A stretch of DNA of 64,000 bases from the human T2T-CHM13v2.0 reference genome, Homo sapiens. A program made the translations under genes and the position numbers. Where the stretch lies: the NCBI RefSeq assembly GCF_009914755.1, contig NC_060945.1. One strand, written 5' to 3'. Below are positions 61,350 to 64,000 of this stretch, piece after piece (within the stretch, counting starts at the first letter, position 1; every line of letters starts with the position of its first letter). A model generated the notes under the pieces. It searched no databases and had not been told where the DNA came from. It saw only the letters and a list, made by a program, of their open reading frames with translations.

Positions 61350-63090
61350 TCCTTATTATACCACTTGAGTAAGGGGTTTAGAAATTTTAGGCTCTACTTG
61401 GGAATTTGTCTATTTCTTTTGCAGTTCTATCAATTTTTGTATCATGTATTTTGAAGCATTTATGTTATTATATACATAAATATTTAGGACTGTTATGTTT
61501 TCTTGATTAATTGAACCATTTGTCACTATGAAATGACCTTGTTTATTGCTGGTAATATTTTTGCTATGAAATGTACTTTGGTATTAATACAACCACTCTT
61601 CCTCAGCCTTCTTTTGTAGTGTTAGTGTGATATATCTCGTTTCATCTTTTAACCAATTTTTGTCTTTATATTTAAAGTTTATTTCTTATACTCATTATAC
61701 AGATAAGACTTGCTCTTTTATCCATTCTGATAATCTGCCTTTGAGCAGAGGTTTTTAGACCAGTTTAATTTATAATGTAATTATTGATATGATTAGAGTT
61801 GTCTGTCATCACACTGTTTGATTTCTATTAGTCTCAGATCTTCTTTGCTTTGCTTTTTTCCTTTTTCTGCTTCCTTCAGACTAGTTTAGTAATTTTTATG
61901 ATTTAGTTACATATCTGTATATGCATAACTTTTTTAGTTATTAATCTAGTTTTACATTTCTTTACAATTTAGTCATATCTTTTTTGGTATAAGTTTATTT
62001 GGTATTAGGTATAACTCTTTGCTGTCTTAGTAGTTGCTTTAGGATTTATAATGTATGAATTTACCTCATCACAATCCACCTTCAAGTAATATTATATCAT
62101 ATCATAGATGGTATAAGAAATTACAATCATATTTTCACTTCTTTTCTATCAACCAGATCCCAGCCTAGATCTGTGGGATTATGGCTTTCGTTAAGTTTAG
62201 AACATATTTAGCCAATTTTTCCTCAAATTTTTGATTCTGCCTCTCCTCCTATCTCTTTGGGGACTTATATACTACCTGCTGGAAGTTTGCTCATCGTTCA
62301 CTAGTGTCTCAAATTTGTGAATCTTTTCTTTCATGATGGCGAATTAATCTATGCTCATATCTACTCAGTGTAGCTTTCATCTCCAGCATTGTAATTTGTA
62401 TCTCTAAAAGTGCAATTTGGTTTTTAAAAGTATCTTCTATTGCTTTATTTATCTTCTTGATTTTTATAGTTGAGTTACTTATAAACAGCTTGATCCTTTT
62501 CATTTTTCTTTTTATGGTGTGAGCTAACTCCCCATACCTGAGACAAGGCCTTTCTGAGTATTCATTTTCCTGTGAAGTCTGAGTTTTCCCAGGCAAATCT
62601 ATAAAAACAGACACTCTTCTTGGCACTGTATGAGTACCAGGTGTGATTTCCTCTAATTTTATAAGCCAACCCCCACCCCCATCCGGTTTGTTCTTAGGTA
62701 GTTTTCTATCTCACATGCAATTTTCAAAATTTTGCTAAATACTGACAGGGGGTTTCTTGCCGTTGCTTCTGTATCTCTCTCTCCTCCTCAGTGTTTGTTC
62801 TGTAATATCTGCCTGCTTTGGTTTTACTAGACTCTAAGCTTCATCAGTGTAACCAAGAGAGTCTGGTAGATCCCACCTCAGTTTTTTCTTCCTGTGTCAT
62901 GTCTCGGAATCTCTGCCAAGACAGGAAGCTGAAACATTCAGAAGGTTTGCTTTCTTTCGTTTTTTTATTTTCTGTTTTTCAGGGATTATTATCTTCTTTG
63001 CCTAATGTCCAGTATCTGAAAAATTGTTTAATGTATTTTGTGTGTTTTGTTTTTAGTTATTTTAGCTAAGAAGAAAAATCATACCTGTTG
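61350..63090 (-). mobile_element. Old L1 fragments (ORF1 and 5' region)
   Basis: Minus-strand coiled-coil-like NQIALLEIQITMLEMKATLSR resembles old L1 ORF1p; T-rich L1 antisense texture. Boundaries approximate. Confidence 0.55.
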
Positions 63091-63526
63091 CTCTCCCTTG
63101 GCTAGAGGAAGACTACACTAGAGTTTCAGCACATGCCACAGACTGGCTAAAATGCTTTCCTTCCCTGTTTGCTCAACTGCTTCCTTTTCATTCTTCATTC
63201 CTCAGTGTAGCTATACATCCCTCGGGGGAATTTTCCATGAGCCTAGTATAGATCTAAATCTTAGCAATCTGTTTTCTTACAGTATTTATCTGAATTTATA
63301 ACTGTCACTTTTCTGGGGCTTTGTCTTTTAGCACATTTTAAGTTAAACAAATGCAGAGGTTTTTGTTTTTTTCTGTTTAATCTGCAGAGCTTAGTATAAT
63401 GCCTTCCACGTGGCAGGCAATCAATATATATTTGATCAGTGTATGAATTAATGATTGTTAAAATATGCAGTTCTCTGTATCCCAAAAGTACTAATATATT
63501 TTATTTCTATCTCCTCCTTGAGACAC

Positions 63527-64000
<474 letters not shown>

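Overview
This is primate, very probably human, repeat-rich DNA of segmental-duplication type; a human-specific AluYg6-like insertion is present. The main gene is an unprocessed ANKRD30B-like pseudogene on the + strand (ANKRD30BL/ANKRD30BP type; best guess ANKRD30BP2 or a close paralogue). It has a CpG-island promoter near 36.3 kb, ankyrin-repeat exons 1-7 and one late coiled-coil exon at the window end. Lesions are a -1 frameshift (exon 1), a +1 frameshift (exon 4), a dead donor (exon 5), an ~8.7 kb HERV-I/LTR10 provirus inside exon 7, apparent loss of the central exon block, and an AluY inside the late exon. The first LTR bases supply an in-frame stop codon. The upstream 35 kb holds Alus, old L1s, an ERVL pol relic, Tigger3, and solo LTR5 and MER61-like LTRs. 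Less expected structures include a 146-bp near-perfect inverted duplication with a fold-back junction, a triplicated MYB-site module beside an NRF1 site, a probable U6 chimeric retrocopy and a palindromic AT-rich expansion. No intact protein-coding gene, tRNA, rRNA or CRISPR array is supported. Family and subfamily names come from recalled consensus sequences, not database searches.
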